Part shown: positions 19,552 through 28,274 of the stretch, in pieces
How positions within the stretch are numbered: the stretch's first letter is position 1
Layout: every line of letters starts with the position of its first letter
Source: an uncultured delta proteobacterium
GTDB lineage: Bacteria; Desulfobacterota; Binatia; DP-6
Length of the DNA: 64,000 nt
Direction of reading: 5' to 3'
Assembly: GCA_963815115.1 (NCBI GenBank)
Contig: CAWFFN010000009.1
Location: 1,280,001 to 1,344,000 of the forward strand
Program-made: the position numbers and the translations under genes
The notes under the pieces: generated by a model
What the model was told of the DNA's origin: nothing
Database searches by the model: none
The model's input: only the letters and a program-made list of their open reading frames with translations

Positions 19552-19612
19552 CCGTGTAGCGTCAGAGCGGGGCGGACGCCGGAAGGCAGAAGGCCGGAAG
19601 GTAGGTGGTGCG

Positions 19613-20833
19613 ATGGGCGAGGTGGTGGAGGCCGTCGAGGGTGCCCGGATCAAGGTGATCGGGGTCGGAGGTGGCGGAAGCAACGCGGTCAACACCATGA
19701 TCGCGGCCGGATTGCCGGGGGTCGACTTCCTCGCTGCCAACACCGACGCCCAGGCGCTGCGAACCAACCTCGCGCCGGTGAAGCTCCAGCTCGGCGAGAA
19801 GCTCACCCGCGGCCTCGGCGCCGGAGGCAATCCCGAGGTCGGCAAGCGCGCGGCCCTCGAGGACGTCGAGCGTATCGCCGAGCACCTCGGCGGCGCCGAC
19901 ATGATCTTCGTCACGGCGGGGATGGGCGGTGGTACGGGCACCGGAGCGGCCCCCGTGGTCGCGCGGGTGGGCAAGGAGCTCGGCTGCCTCACCGTGGGCG
20001 TGGTCACCAAGCCCTTCATGTTCGAGGGCAAACGGCGCTCGCGACAGGCCGATGACGGCCTGCGGGAGCTGAAAGCCAGCGTCGACACCCTCATCACCAT
20101 CCCCAACCAGCGCCTGCTCGGGATCGCCGGACGCAATTCGTCCATCATCGACACGTTCAAGAAGGCCGACGACGTGCTCCTCCAGGCGGTGCGCGGCATC
20201 GCCGACCTGATCACGGTGCACGGCCTCATCAACCTCGACTTTGCCGACGTGCGGGCGATCATGGCGGAGATGGGCATGGCCATGATGGGGGCGGCCGTCG
20301 CCACCGGCGACAACCGTGCGCTCGAGGCGGCACAGAAGGCAATCTCGAGCCCGCTGCTCGAGGAGGTCGCCATCAAGGGCGCCCGTGGAGTCCTCATCAA
20401 CATCACGGGTGGGCCCGACCTGACGCTGCACGAGGTGAACGAGGCGGCCACCTGCATCCAGGAGGAGGCCGACGAGGACGCCAACATCATCTTCGGCGCC
20501 GTGATCGACGAGTCGATGGGCGACGAGGTGCGCATCACGGTCATCGCGACCGGCTTCGGCGAGTCGGTAACGACCCGCCTGGTGCCGCCGCCCGTCGAGG
20601 CGAGCGACGAGTTGCGCGGGCGCGAGGTCGCGTCCGACGGCCGGCCGATCCGCCGCCTGGGCTTGCACGAGGTCGACGAGTACGAGCTCGACGTCCCCAC
20701 CTGGCAGCGCCGTCAGGCGGCCGCGAGCGCTCAGGCCGAGCGCGCGGCCAGCGGCAGGCGCACGCCAGCGAACGGCGCGGACGACGACCCGGACTTCGAC
20801 GTCCCCACCTTCCTGCGCCGCGGCGCGGAATAG
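19613..20833 (+). CDS. ftsZ: Cell division GTPase FtsZ
   Basis: [33 protein letters not shown]-terminal FDVPTFLRR. Confidence 0.98.
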   Translation: MGEVVEAVEGARIKVIGVGGGGSNAVNTMIAAGLPGVDFLAANTDAQALRTNLAPVKLQLGEKLTRGLGAGGNPEVGKRAALEDVERIAEHLGGADMIFVTAGMGGGTGTGAAPVVARVGKELGCLTVGVVTKPFMFEGKRRSRQADDGLRELKASVDTLITIPNQRLLGIAGRNSSIIDTFKKADDVLLQAVRGIADLITVHGLINLDFADVRAIMAEMGMAMMGAAVATGDNRALEAAQKAISSPLLEEVAIKGARGVLINITGGPDLTLHEVNEAATCIQEEADEDANIIFGAVIDESMGDEVRITVIATGFGESVTTRLVPPPVEASDELRGREVASDGRPIRRLGLHEVDEYELDVPTWQRRQAAASAQAERAASGRRTPANGADDDPDFDVPTFLRRGAE

Positions 20834-20837
20834 TCGG

Positions 20838-20873
20838 GGCGGCGGCGTCCGTCATCGCGCGAACGCCGCCGCC
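20838..20873. terminator. GC-rich hairpin between convergent ftsZ and aldehyde dehydrogenase
   Basis: GGCGGCGGCGT (20838-20848) / ACGCCGCCGCC (20863-20873); no U-tract. Confidence 0.5.
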
Positions 20874-20885
20874 ACGCCGGAGTCC

Positions 20886-22316
20886 TCAGCGCGGAGCCCA
20901 GCCGAGGACGGCCTTCAGCTCGAGGAACTCCTCGAAACCGGGCTCGCCCCACTCCCGTCCGTTTCCCGACTGCTTGTAGCCGCCGAAGCAGGAGTGGAAG
21001 TCGATCTGGGCGCCGTTCAGGTGCACGTTGCCCGATCGGATGCGCTTGGCGATCCCCTTGGCGCGCTCGAGGTTCCCCGACGAGACGTAGCCGGAGAGAC
21101 CGTAGGGGGTGTCGTTGGCGATCTGGACGGCTTCCTCGTCGCCCTCGTAGGGCAGGATGGAGAGGACCGGGCCGAAGATCTCCTCGCGCGCGATCGTCAT
21201 GTCGTTGCGCACGTTGCCGAAGACGGTCGGCTTCACGTAGTAGCCGCGGTCGAGACCCGCGGGACGCCCCGGACCGCCGACGGCCAGCCGGGCCCCCTCG
21301 TCGATGCCGGCCTTGATCAGGCGCTGGATCTTGTCGAACTGCGCCTGGCTCACCACCGGCCCGAGCATGGTGCTGTCCCCGAAGGGATCGCCGACGCGCA
21401 TCGACTCGGCGGTCGCCTTGGCGATGTCGAGCGCGGCGTCGTGCTGGCGGCGTGACACCAGCATGCGGGTGGGCGCGTTGCAGGACTGCCCGCTGTTGAG
21501 GAAGCAGCCCCGCACGCCGGCGCTCACGACGCCTTCCAGATCGGCGTCGTCGAGGACGATGTTGGCCGACTTGCCGCCGAGCTCCTGGGTGACGCGCTTC
21601 ACGCTCGCCGCGGCCGCGATCGCCACCGCCACGCCGGCGCGGGTCGAGCCGGTGAACGACACCATGTCGACGCCGGGATGCGAGGCGATGGCCTCGCCGA
21701 CGGTCGGTCCGTCGCCGTTCACCAGGTTGAAGACGCCCGCCGGGACGCCGGCCTCGTCCAGGATCTGGGCCCACAGGAGCGCGCTCAGCGGCGCGATCTC
21801 GCTCGGCTTGAGCACCATCGTGCACCCGGCGGCCAGCGCGGGCAGCACCTTGCAGGCGATCTGGTTCACCGGCCAGTTCCACGGCGTGATCAGGCCGCAG
21901 ACGCCGATCGGCTCGCGGCGCATCAGCGTGGAGCCGCGCTCGTGCTCGAACCGGTACTCCTTCAGCACGTCCATGATGGTGGCCAGATGTCCCATCGGCG
22001 CGGCCGCCTGCGCGGTCTTCGACAGGCCGAGCGGTGCGCCCATCTCGCGCGAAATGGTCTCGGCCATCTCGTCGTAGTGCTTCTGGTAGGCGCCCATGAT
22101 GGCGCCCAGCAGCGCCAGGCGCTCCTCGCGGGTCGTCGAGGAGAACGACGGGAAGGCGCGCCGCGCGGCGGCGACCGCGTCGTCGACGTCGGCCTTCGCG
22201 CCCAGCGAGATGGTGGCGACGGGCTCCTCGGTGGCGGGGTTCAGGACGGGGAGGTCGTGTGCCTTTCTCGGCTTGACCCACTGCCCGTCGATGTAGAATT
22301 CGCGGCTCTCCGGCAT
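20886..22316 (-). CDS. Aldehyde dehydrogenase family protein
   Basis: ITPWNWP, LKPSE, SFTGST, ELGGKS, catalytic NSGQSCNAP, EEIFGPV, FGGYKQSGNGRE; GGAGGAG SD before the ATG. Confidence 0.95.
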   Translation of the reverse strand: MPESREFYIDGQWVKPRKAHDLPVLNPATEEPVATISLGAKADVDDAVAAARRAFPSFSSTTREERLALLGAIMGAYQKHYDEMAETISREMGAPLGLSKTAQAAAPMGHLATIMDVLKEYRFEHERGSTLMRREPIGVCGLITPWNWPVNQIACKVLPALAAGCTMVLKPSEIAPLSALLWAQILDEAGVPAGVFNLVNGDGPTVGEAIASHPGVDMVSFTGSTRAGVAVAIAAAASVKRVTQELGGKSANIVLDDADLEGVVSAGVRGCFLNSGQSCNAPTRMLVSRRQHDAALDIAKATAESMRVGDPFGDSTMLGPVVSQAQFDKIQRLIKAGIDEGARLAVGGPGRPAGLDRGYYVKPTVFGNVRNDMTIAREEIFGPVLSILPYEGDEEAVQIANDTPYGLSGYVSSGNLERAKGIAKRIRSGNVHLNGAQIDFHSCFGGYKQSGNGREWGEPGFEEFLELKAVLGWAPR

Positions 22317-22393
22317 GGTGCTCCTCCTCGGCTCGGGTGCTCCCGTTCGATTAGGAGAGGCGCGGGCCAGAAGCAACCGTCGCGCAGGATTGG

Positions 22394-23155
22394 TCAGGCG
22401 ACGGGCGGGGGGGACGGCTCCGGCTCCGGCCCCGCATAGAGGCCCTTGCGGTCGGCCTGCCGGATCCGCAGCAGGTCGACCAGCATGCGCCACGCGTCGG
22501 CGACGGGACGCACCTTGCTGTCGGGGTCGTCCACCCAGGTCACCGGAACCTCCGCCACCCGGAGGCCGAGCCTGCGCGCGATCCAGAGTACCTCGACGTC
22601 GAAGCCGAACTGCTCGATGCGCTGGCGGAGGAAGATGCGCTCCGCCGCGCCCGCCGAGAACAGCTTGAAGCCGCACTGGGTGTCGGCGATGCCGGGAACG
22701 GCCAGGCGGCGCACGCACCAGTTGAAGCCCCGACCCATCGCCTGCCGCCACCAGGGCTGCGGGACGTCGACCCGGGAGCCCGGGAGTCGGCGCGACCCGA
22801 TGGCGACGTCGTGTCCGGCTGCGATCGCCGCCATCAGGCGTTCGACCTCCTCGATCGGGGTCGACAGGTCGGCATCCGAGAACAGCCGCAGGTCGCCGCG
22901 CGCGGCCAGCATGCCGCGGCGGACGCAGTGGCCCTTGCCGCGGTTCTTGGGGTCGTCGAGCACGTGCAGCACCGTCCGCCCGGTCCGGACTTCTCCGATC
23001 ACCTCGACGGTGCGATCGCGCGAGCCGTCGACGACGACCAGTATCTCGGACGTCCACGGGCGGGTCCCGAGGTACGCGACGATGCGCTCGAGCGTCGGGC
23101 CGATCCGGCGTTCCTCGTCGTACGCCGGGATGACCACGCTCAGGTCGATCGGCAC
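22394..23155 (-). CDS. GT2 polyprenyl-phosphate glycosyltransferase (Dol-P-Glc synthase-like)
   Basis: LSVVIPAYDEERRI, VDGSRD, NRGKG, DADLST, DTQCGFKLF, FDVEVL. Confidence 0.9.
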   Translation of the reverse strand: MPIDLSVVIPAYDEERRIGPTLERIVAYLGTRPWTSEILVVVDGSRDRTVEVIGEVRTGRTVLHVLDDPKNRGKGHCVRRGMLAARGDLRLFSDADLSTPIEEVERLMAAIAAGHDVAIGSRRLPGSRVDVPQPWWRQAMGRGFNWCVRRLAVPGIADTQCGFKLFSAGAAERIFLRQRIEQFGFDVEVLWIARRLGLRVAEVPVTWVDDPDSKVRPVADAWRMLVDLLRIRQADRKGLYAGPEPEPSPPPVA

Positions 23156-23242
23156 GACGGCCCTGCGGATCGCGTTCGCCTCATCTCGCCGACACGACGT
23201 AGCCGAGAATCGGGCCGCTGTCAGCGGCGAACGCGCCGATCG

Positions 23243-23917
23243 TCACCAGGGGCGGGTCCGGCCGTCGTAGCCCAGGAACTTGCCGGAATCGGCCACCTTC
23301 AGCCCTTCCAGCAGCGCGACCATTCCCCCGACCGTCTCCTTCGGGTCGAGCGGCGCCTGCTCACCGCCCATGTCGGTGCGGTTCCAGCCCGGGTCGAGCG
23401 AGACGACCGTGAAGCCGTCGCCGGCCAGCTCCTCGTGCATGAGCACCGTCAGCATGTTCAGGGCCGCCTTGCTGCAGCAGTAGGCGTAGGAGAACCCTCC
23501 CGGCGTGCCGGCGAGGCTTCCGAGTCCGCTGGACACGTTGGCGATCGTCTTCCGCTTGCCGCGACCGAGCACGGGCAGCAGCGCCCTGGTCAGCAGAGCC
23601 AGCCCGAAGACGTTGGTGCGAAACACGTGCTCGAAGGTGTCGGAGGTGATCGACCGCACGGAGGCATCCCTGGCGCCGACCCCGGCATTGTTGATCAGCA
23701 GGTCGATGGGTTCGTCGAGCGAGCGCGCGAAGGCCTCGAACGTCTCGGGGCGTGTGACGTCGAGCCGCACCACCTTCGCCCCGGCCCGTGCAGCGGATGC
23801 GGCGCCGTCCGGATCGCGTACCGCCGCGATCACGGTGTGGCCGCGCCGCAGAAGCTGCTGCACGAACTCCGCCCCGAGCCCTCGCGATGCTCCGGTCACC
23901 AGGTATCCGTCGCCCAT
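23243..23917 (-). CDS. Short-chain dehydrogenase/reductase (CsgA/C-factor-like subfamily)
   Basis: VTGASRGLG, LINNAG, SSGLGS, YCCSKAALNM (YxxxK), PGWNRTDMGG. Confidence 0.88.
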   Translation of the reverse strand: MGDGYLVTGASRGLGAEFVQQLLRRGHTVIAAVRDPDGAASAARAGAKVVRLDVTRPETFEAFARSLDEPIDLLINNAGVGARDASVRSITSDTFEHVFRTNVFGLALLTRALLPVLGRGKRKTIANVSSGLGSLAGTPGGFSYAYCCSKAALNMLTVLMHEELAGDGFTVVSLDPGWNRTDMGGEQAPLDPKETVGGMVALLEGLKVADSGKFLGYDGRTRPW

Positions 23918-24096
23918 GACGATCCGGGTATCGAGGCAGGCGAGCTGGAACAAGCGGCGCCCGGCCGGGATGCTCGCGTCTCGGCCGCTCGACGGCGAAC
24001 CCTCCGGCCCGCTACATCCGGGACCGGCCGTTTCCATGTACCGGCATCTGCGCGTCGTTTGACGTTGCGGCACGACGCCGGCCGCTGCCCCGCGCG

Positions 24097-24651
24097 CTAC
24101 TTCGCGGGCGCGACGAAGAGACCGGGTCGCGCGATCGCCTTGCCGCCCTCCAGGGTCGGCGCGTCGAGCACCTCGAGGATGCGGAGCTCGGTGGTGATCG
24201 GCACGTCCGCACACTCGCGCGGCAGGCAGGCGGCCGGCAGCACGGACCCCTTGCAGCGTCCGCCCCTGCAGGCGAGCGTCCCGTTCAGCGACGGCGTCTC
24301 GATCTGGAGCCCGTCGAGCGGGCAGTCGCCCGCGTCCGAGCCGAAGGTGGTGAGATTGGTGACCTCGACGGCGAGGCTGCCGCCGTACGGCGCGCCGTCC
24401 CGGGTGACGCCGACGAGCTTCACCGTGCCGCCCGAGGTCTCCGACGGCTTGCCGGTCTTCGGGCAGGTGGGCGCCGGCTCGCGGGCGCTGGTCAGCTGGG
24501 CCACGCCGCTGCGAAATGCGAACGCGGGCTGGCATGCGACCGCACCCGCGCACTGCGCCTGGACCAGCGCAAGCACCAGGCCGGCCGGCTTCGCGCTCGC
24601 CGTTCCCGGGAGCGCCGCCAGCACCAGCACGATCGGCAGTCCGTGTCGCAT
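24097..24651 (-). CDS. Secreted cysteine-rich protein of unknown function (184 aa, 8 Cys)
   Basis: GAGGAGGG SD, signal peptide MRHGLPIVLVLAALPGTASA-K, GC3-rich codons; starts 17 nt after the lysyl oxidase stop. Confidence 0.75.
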   Translation of the reverse strand: MRHGLPIVLVLAALPGTASAKPAGLVLALVQAQCAGAVACQPAFAFRSGVAQLTSAREPAPTCPKTGKPSETSGGTVKLVGVTRDGAPYGGSLAVEVTNLTTFGSDAGDCPLDGLQIETPSLNGTLACRGGRCKGSVLPAACLPRECADVPITTELRILEVLDAPTLEGGKAIARPGLFVAPAK

Positions 24652-24668
24652 GCTTCCCTCCTCGCGTC

Positions 24669-25700
24669 TCATGGCACGATCCGGAACGGCGCGCTGTCGC
24701 GCGCGGTGCGCGCGAAGGCGCCGGCGTCGGTGTCGGGCGCCCCCTTCACCTGTGCCCAGAGCACCACCCGGAGCCGGGCCTCGTCCGTGACGGCGTCGGC
24801 GGGGACGGTCCAGACGAAGGCGTGCTGCTTCGGACCCGATGTCGCGCCGACGTATTGCCAGCTCTGTCCGCGGTCGCGCGAGAACTGCACCTCGACGAAT
24901 CGGACGTCGCCCTTGACGCGCTTTCGCCAGGCGATCTTCAGGCGCTTGCCGGCGCGCACCTTCTTGCGATGCGGCGCGAGCAGCGTGAGCTTGGGGGTGG
25001 CGTTCGCCGGAGTCCCGGTCATGGTCACGGGGACGCAGCCCTGGTCGTTCGTGGGATCGCCATCGGGCAGCAGGCGTGCCGTGTTGATGAAGACGCACAG
25101 GTCGTAGTCGCCGGTCGCCGGCAGGTCGGTGATGTCGATCCACTGGCAGGCGAGGTTGCTGGGGTAGAGGTCGCCCCAGCCCACCTGGACTCCTTGCGTG
25201 TTGAGGCCGTTCGGGTTGCATCCGTAGCGGCGCGCGTCGGGGGCGCTGTCCACCGCCTTCTTCGTGTCCTCGATGCAGAAGGAGCGCTTCTGCCCGAGCA
25301 GCAGGACGTCCGCCGCTCCGCGCTGGCGAAGCTCGTAGCGGGCGAAGGTCTCGAAGTGGAAGTGCTTGTGGCAGGCGCTGTAGACCCACTTGGGGGTGCC
25401 GTCCGGGAGGAGCTCGTTCGGATCGGGCGTGCCGACCACCAGATCCGCCGTGCCCTGGTTGATCGCGAACACGCTGAAGCGCAGCAGCTTGCGCACTCCG
25501 GGTCCAGTCACGCAGAGGTCGGCGGGCTTGAGCTCACATGCCAGGGGGTCGTTCGGATCGAACAGCTGCACGTCGTACTGCACGGACGACGCCAGGAGGT
25601 CGGTATCGAGGCGCAGGTCGGGCAGCCCCTGCGCGGCGGCGGGAGTCCGCAGCCCGAACGCGCACAGCACGGCGAGGAGGCCGCCAGCAGTGACCTTCAT
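24669..25700 (-). CDS. Secreted lysyl oxidase-family copper/LTQ amine oxidase with a C-terminal basic beta-rich domain
   Basis: Signal peptide; GLPDL, LLRF...NQGTAD, WVYSACHKHFH, GQKRSFCIEDT, TQG...DLY, CQWIDITDL, all colinear with the LOX catalytic domain. Confidence 0.92.
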   Translation of the reverse strand: MKVTAGGLLAVLCAFGLRTPAAAQGLPDLRLDTDLLASSVQYDVQLFDPNDPLACELKPADLCVTGPGVRKLLRFSVFAINQGTADLVVGTPDPNELLPDGTPKWVYSACHKHFHFETFARYELRQRGAADVLLLGQKRSFCIEDTKKAVDSAPDARRYGCNPNGLNTQGVQVGWGDLYPSNLACQWIDITDLPATGDYDLCVFINTARLLPDGDPTNDQGCVPVTMTGTPANATPKLTLLAPHRKKVRAGKRLKIAWRKRVKGDVRFVEVQFSRDRGQSWQYVGATSGPKQHAFVWTVPADAVTDEARLRVVLWAQVKGAPDTDAGAFARTARDSAPFRIVP

Positions 25701-25818
25701 CCGGTGCTCGACCTAGCCGACCGGGGCCTCGCGGAGCAAGCGTTTCCACCGTCTCCGGAGCGATTCGGGTCCGCCTTGAGGATGCGGGAGGCGGCGAGTA
25801 AGGTCCGAGCCGTCCTCC

Positions 25819-27540
25819 ATGCCCAATCCAGCCGATCGCCTCGCCCGCCTCGCCGCCGAACGCCGGCTCTTCGTGCCCGGGCCGCGCGGCCCGCTCGCGG
25901 TGTGCCTCGTCTATCCCAACACCTATGCCGTCGGCATGGGCAACCTGGGTTTCCAGGCCGTGCTCCGCATCCTGTCGGACGATCCACACGTCACCGTCGA
26001 CCGCGCTTTCCTGCCCGACGGGCCGCGCTCCGGGTGGCCGCGTACGCTGCGCGCGCTGGAGAGCGAGCGCGCGGTGGGCGACTTCGACGTCCTCGCCTTC
26101 TCGATCTCGTTCGAGACCGACTACCTGCACGTGCTCGACGTCCTCGCCCTCGCCGGCATGCCGCTGCGCCGGGAGGCGCGCGGACCGGGTGCACCGCTCG
26201 TGGTCGCGGGCGGTCCCGCGACGTTCCTCAATCCCGAGCCGCTGGCCGAGTTCGTCGATCTGTTCCTCGTCGGCGAAGCCGAGGAGATGCTGCCGGAGTT
26301 CCTCGCTCGAGCCGCCGCGGGGTCGCCGGGACGCGATGCGCTCCTCGAGCGCACCGAGGACGTCGTCGGCGCCTATCGGCCGGATCGCTTCCATCCCCGC
26401 TACGACGGCGATGGCACGCTCGCGGCGGTCGAGTACGATGGACCGTTCGAGCCCCGGGTCGTGCGGCGCTACCTGGCGCAGCTCGATCGTCGCGAGACCG
26501 CCTCGCAGATCCTGAGCCCCGACGCCGTCTTCGGGGACATGTTCCTGGTCGAGGGCAGCCGCGGCTGCGAGTGGGGCTGCCGCTTCTGCGCCGCCGGCTT
26601 CATGTACCGTCCGGTGCGCTATCGCAGCCCGGCCAGCCTGCGCCGGAGCGTCGCGCGCGGGCTGGGCGAGCGGCGCACCATCGGGCTGGTGGGCGCCGAG
26701 ATGGCGAGCCAGCCGGGCATCGCCGGGCTCTGCCAGGAGATCGCGGCGGCGGGCGGACGCGGCTCGCCCTCGTCCTTGAAGGCCGATCTCATCACCCCCG
26801 CGCTCGCGCAGGCGTTGGGGAGCGGGGGCAACCGCTCGGTCACCGTCGCACCCGAGGCCGGATCGGAGCGCCTGCGCCGGGTGATCAACAAGAACCTCAC
26901 CGAGGGCGACGTGCTGCGTGCCGCCGAGTGGCTGGTCGGCGGCGGTGTCGAGGCGCTCAAGCTCTACGTCATGGTGGGCCTCCCGACGGAGACCGAGGCC
27001 GACGTCGACGCCATCACCGAGCTGGTACGAGCGGTCCGCGGGCGCCTGATGGGGGGCGGGCGGCCGAAGGTCGGACGTATCCTGGTCTCGATCAACCCGT
27101 TCGTGCCGAAGCCGTGGACGCCGTTCCAGTGGGAGCCGATGGAAGACCTCGCGTCGCTCAAGCGAAAGCTCGTGCGCGTGCGCCGGCAGCTGAGCGCCGT
27201 CCCCGCCGTCCAGGTCGAGACCGAGAGCCCCCGCGAGGGATACCTGCAGACCCTGCTGTCGCGCGGAGACCGGCGCGTGGCCGAGCTGCTCGAGCGCATC
27301 CACCTGGACCCGAAGGGGTGGTGGCCCCTGATGCGCGCGCTGCGCGGCGGGCGCGAGGACCTCGTCGACCCCGACCGCTTCGTGCACCGCGCCTACGCCA
27401 CCGGCGAGCTGCTGCCGTGGGATTTCATCGACAACCTCGTCGAGAAGCGCTACCTCGCGGCGGAGCGGCGGAAGGCGTACGTCGAGCTCCAGACGCCGCC
27501 CTGCGACACCCACACCTGCCACACCTGCGGGGCGTGCTGA
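25819..27540 (+). CDS. Radical SAM protein with B12-binding-like N-terminus (TIGR03960-like)
   Basis: YPNTYAVGMGNLG, RGCEWGCRFC (CxxxCxxC), APEAGSERLRRVINK, FVPKPWTPFQW, LPWDFID, terminal CxxxxCxxCGAC. Confidence 0.88.
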   Translation: MPNPADRLARLAAERRLFVPGPRGPLAVCLVYPNTYAVGMGNLGFQAVLRILSDDPHVTVDRAFLPDGPRSGWPRTLRALESERAVGDFDVLAFSISFETDYLHVLDVLALAGMPLRREARGPGAPLVVAGGPATFLNPEPLAEFVDLFLVGEAEEMLPEFLARAAAGSPGRDALLERTEDVVGAYRPDRFHPRYDGDGTLAAVEYDGPFEPRVVRRYLAQLDRRETASQILSPDAVFGDMFLVEGSRGCEWGCRFCAAGFMYRPVRYRSPASLRRSVARGLGERRTIGLVGAEMASQPGIAGLCQEIAAAGGRGSPSSLKADLITPALAQALGSGGNRSVTVAPEAGSERLRRVINKNLTEGDVLRAAEWLVGGGVEALKLYVMVGLPTETEADVDAITELVRAVRGRLMGGGRPKVGRILVSINPFVPKPWTPFQWEPMEDLASLKRKLVRVRRQLSAVPAVQVETESPREGYLQTLLSRGDRRVAELLERIHLDPKGWWPLMRALRGGREDLVDPDRFVHRAYATGELLPWDFIDNLVEKRYLAAERRKAYVELQTPPCDTHTCHTCGAC

Positions 27541-27556
27541 TGGCGGTCGCGACCCT

Positions 27557-28030
27557 GTGATCGCCGGCATCGGCGTCGACGTCTGCGAGGTGGAACGCAT
27601 CCGGCACGCGCTCGAAGCGGCGCATGGCGTGCGCTTCCGCAACCGTGTCTTCACGGACGCGGAGCAGGCCTACTGCGAGGGGCGCCGGCGAGGACGTTTC
27701 GAGAGCTACGCGGCGCGCTTCGCGGCCAAGGAAGCCGCGATGAAGGTGCTCGGCACGGGCTGGGGGCAGGGCGTCGGCTGGCGGGACATCGAGGTCGCGC
27801 GCGAGCGCGGCCGGCCGCCGACGCTGCGGCTCCACGGGCACGCGGCGGTCACCGCGCGCCGGCTCGGCATGTCGCGCTGGCTCGTCAGCCTGACGCACAG
27901 CAAGACCAGCGCGTTCGCCTGGGTGGTGGCGGAGCGCGGCAGGGTCAGCGGCTCGGGGCGGCCGCGGGCGGCTCGCCGCGACGCCGGGGCAGGAGAAGGA
28001 GCAGCACGACGGCCCAGAGGCCGCCGATGA
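27557..28030 (+). CDS. acpS: Holo-[acyl-carrier-protein] synthase
   Basis: GIGVDVCEVERI, FTDAEQAYC, AARFAAKEAAMK, VSLTHS; about 30 extra C-terminal residues overlap the convergent gene. Confidence 0.92.
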   Translation: MIAGIGVDVCEVERIRHALEAAHGVRFRNRVFTDAEQAYCEGRRRGRFESYAARFAAKEAAMKVLGTGWGQGVGWRDIEVARERGRPPTLRLHGHAAVTARRLGMSRWLVSLTHSKTSAFAWVVAERGRVSGSGRPRAARRDAGAGEGAARRPRGRR

Positions 28031-28205
28031 AGCCGAGCACCGTCCAGGCGGTCTTCGGATACCCGCTGTTGTGGGCGAAGAGCCGGCACATGATCGCGTC
28101 ACAGATGTGCATTCCGATCGCCGTGCCGACGAGCGTCGGCCAGGGCAGCGCCGGAGCGACGAAGGCCAGCCCGGACCAGTACGAGAGGAACGTCGCCAGC
28201 GTCAT
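27945..28205 (-). CDS. Small membrane protein (86 aa)
   Basis: Two or three hydrophobic segments ending LWAVVLLLLLPRRR; coding-like codon usage. Confidence 0.6.
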   Translation of the reverse strand: MTLATFLSYWSGLAFVAPALPWPTLVGTAIGMHICDAIMCRLFAHNSGYPKTAWTVLGFIGGLWAVVLLLLLPRRRGEPPAAAPSR

Positions 28206-28274
28206 GCCGCTTTTCCCAGCTCCCGACCCCCTCTATACTCCGCCGCGCATGCGCGCACCGGGGGCCTCCTCATT

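Noticed and set aside
23243-23917. Myxobacterial C-signal gene csgA
   Set aside because: It belongs to the same broad SDR subfamily, which is widespread; orthology cannot be shown from motifs alone.
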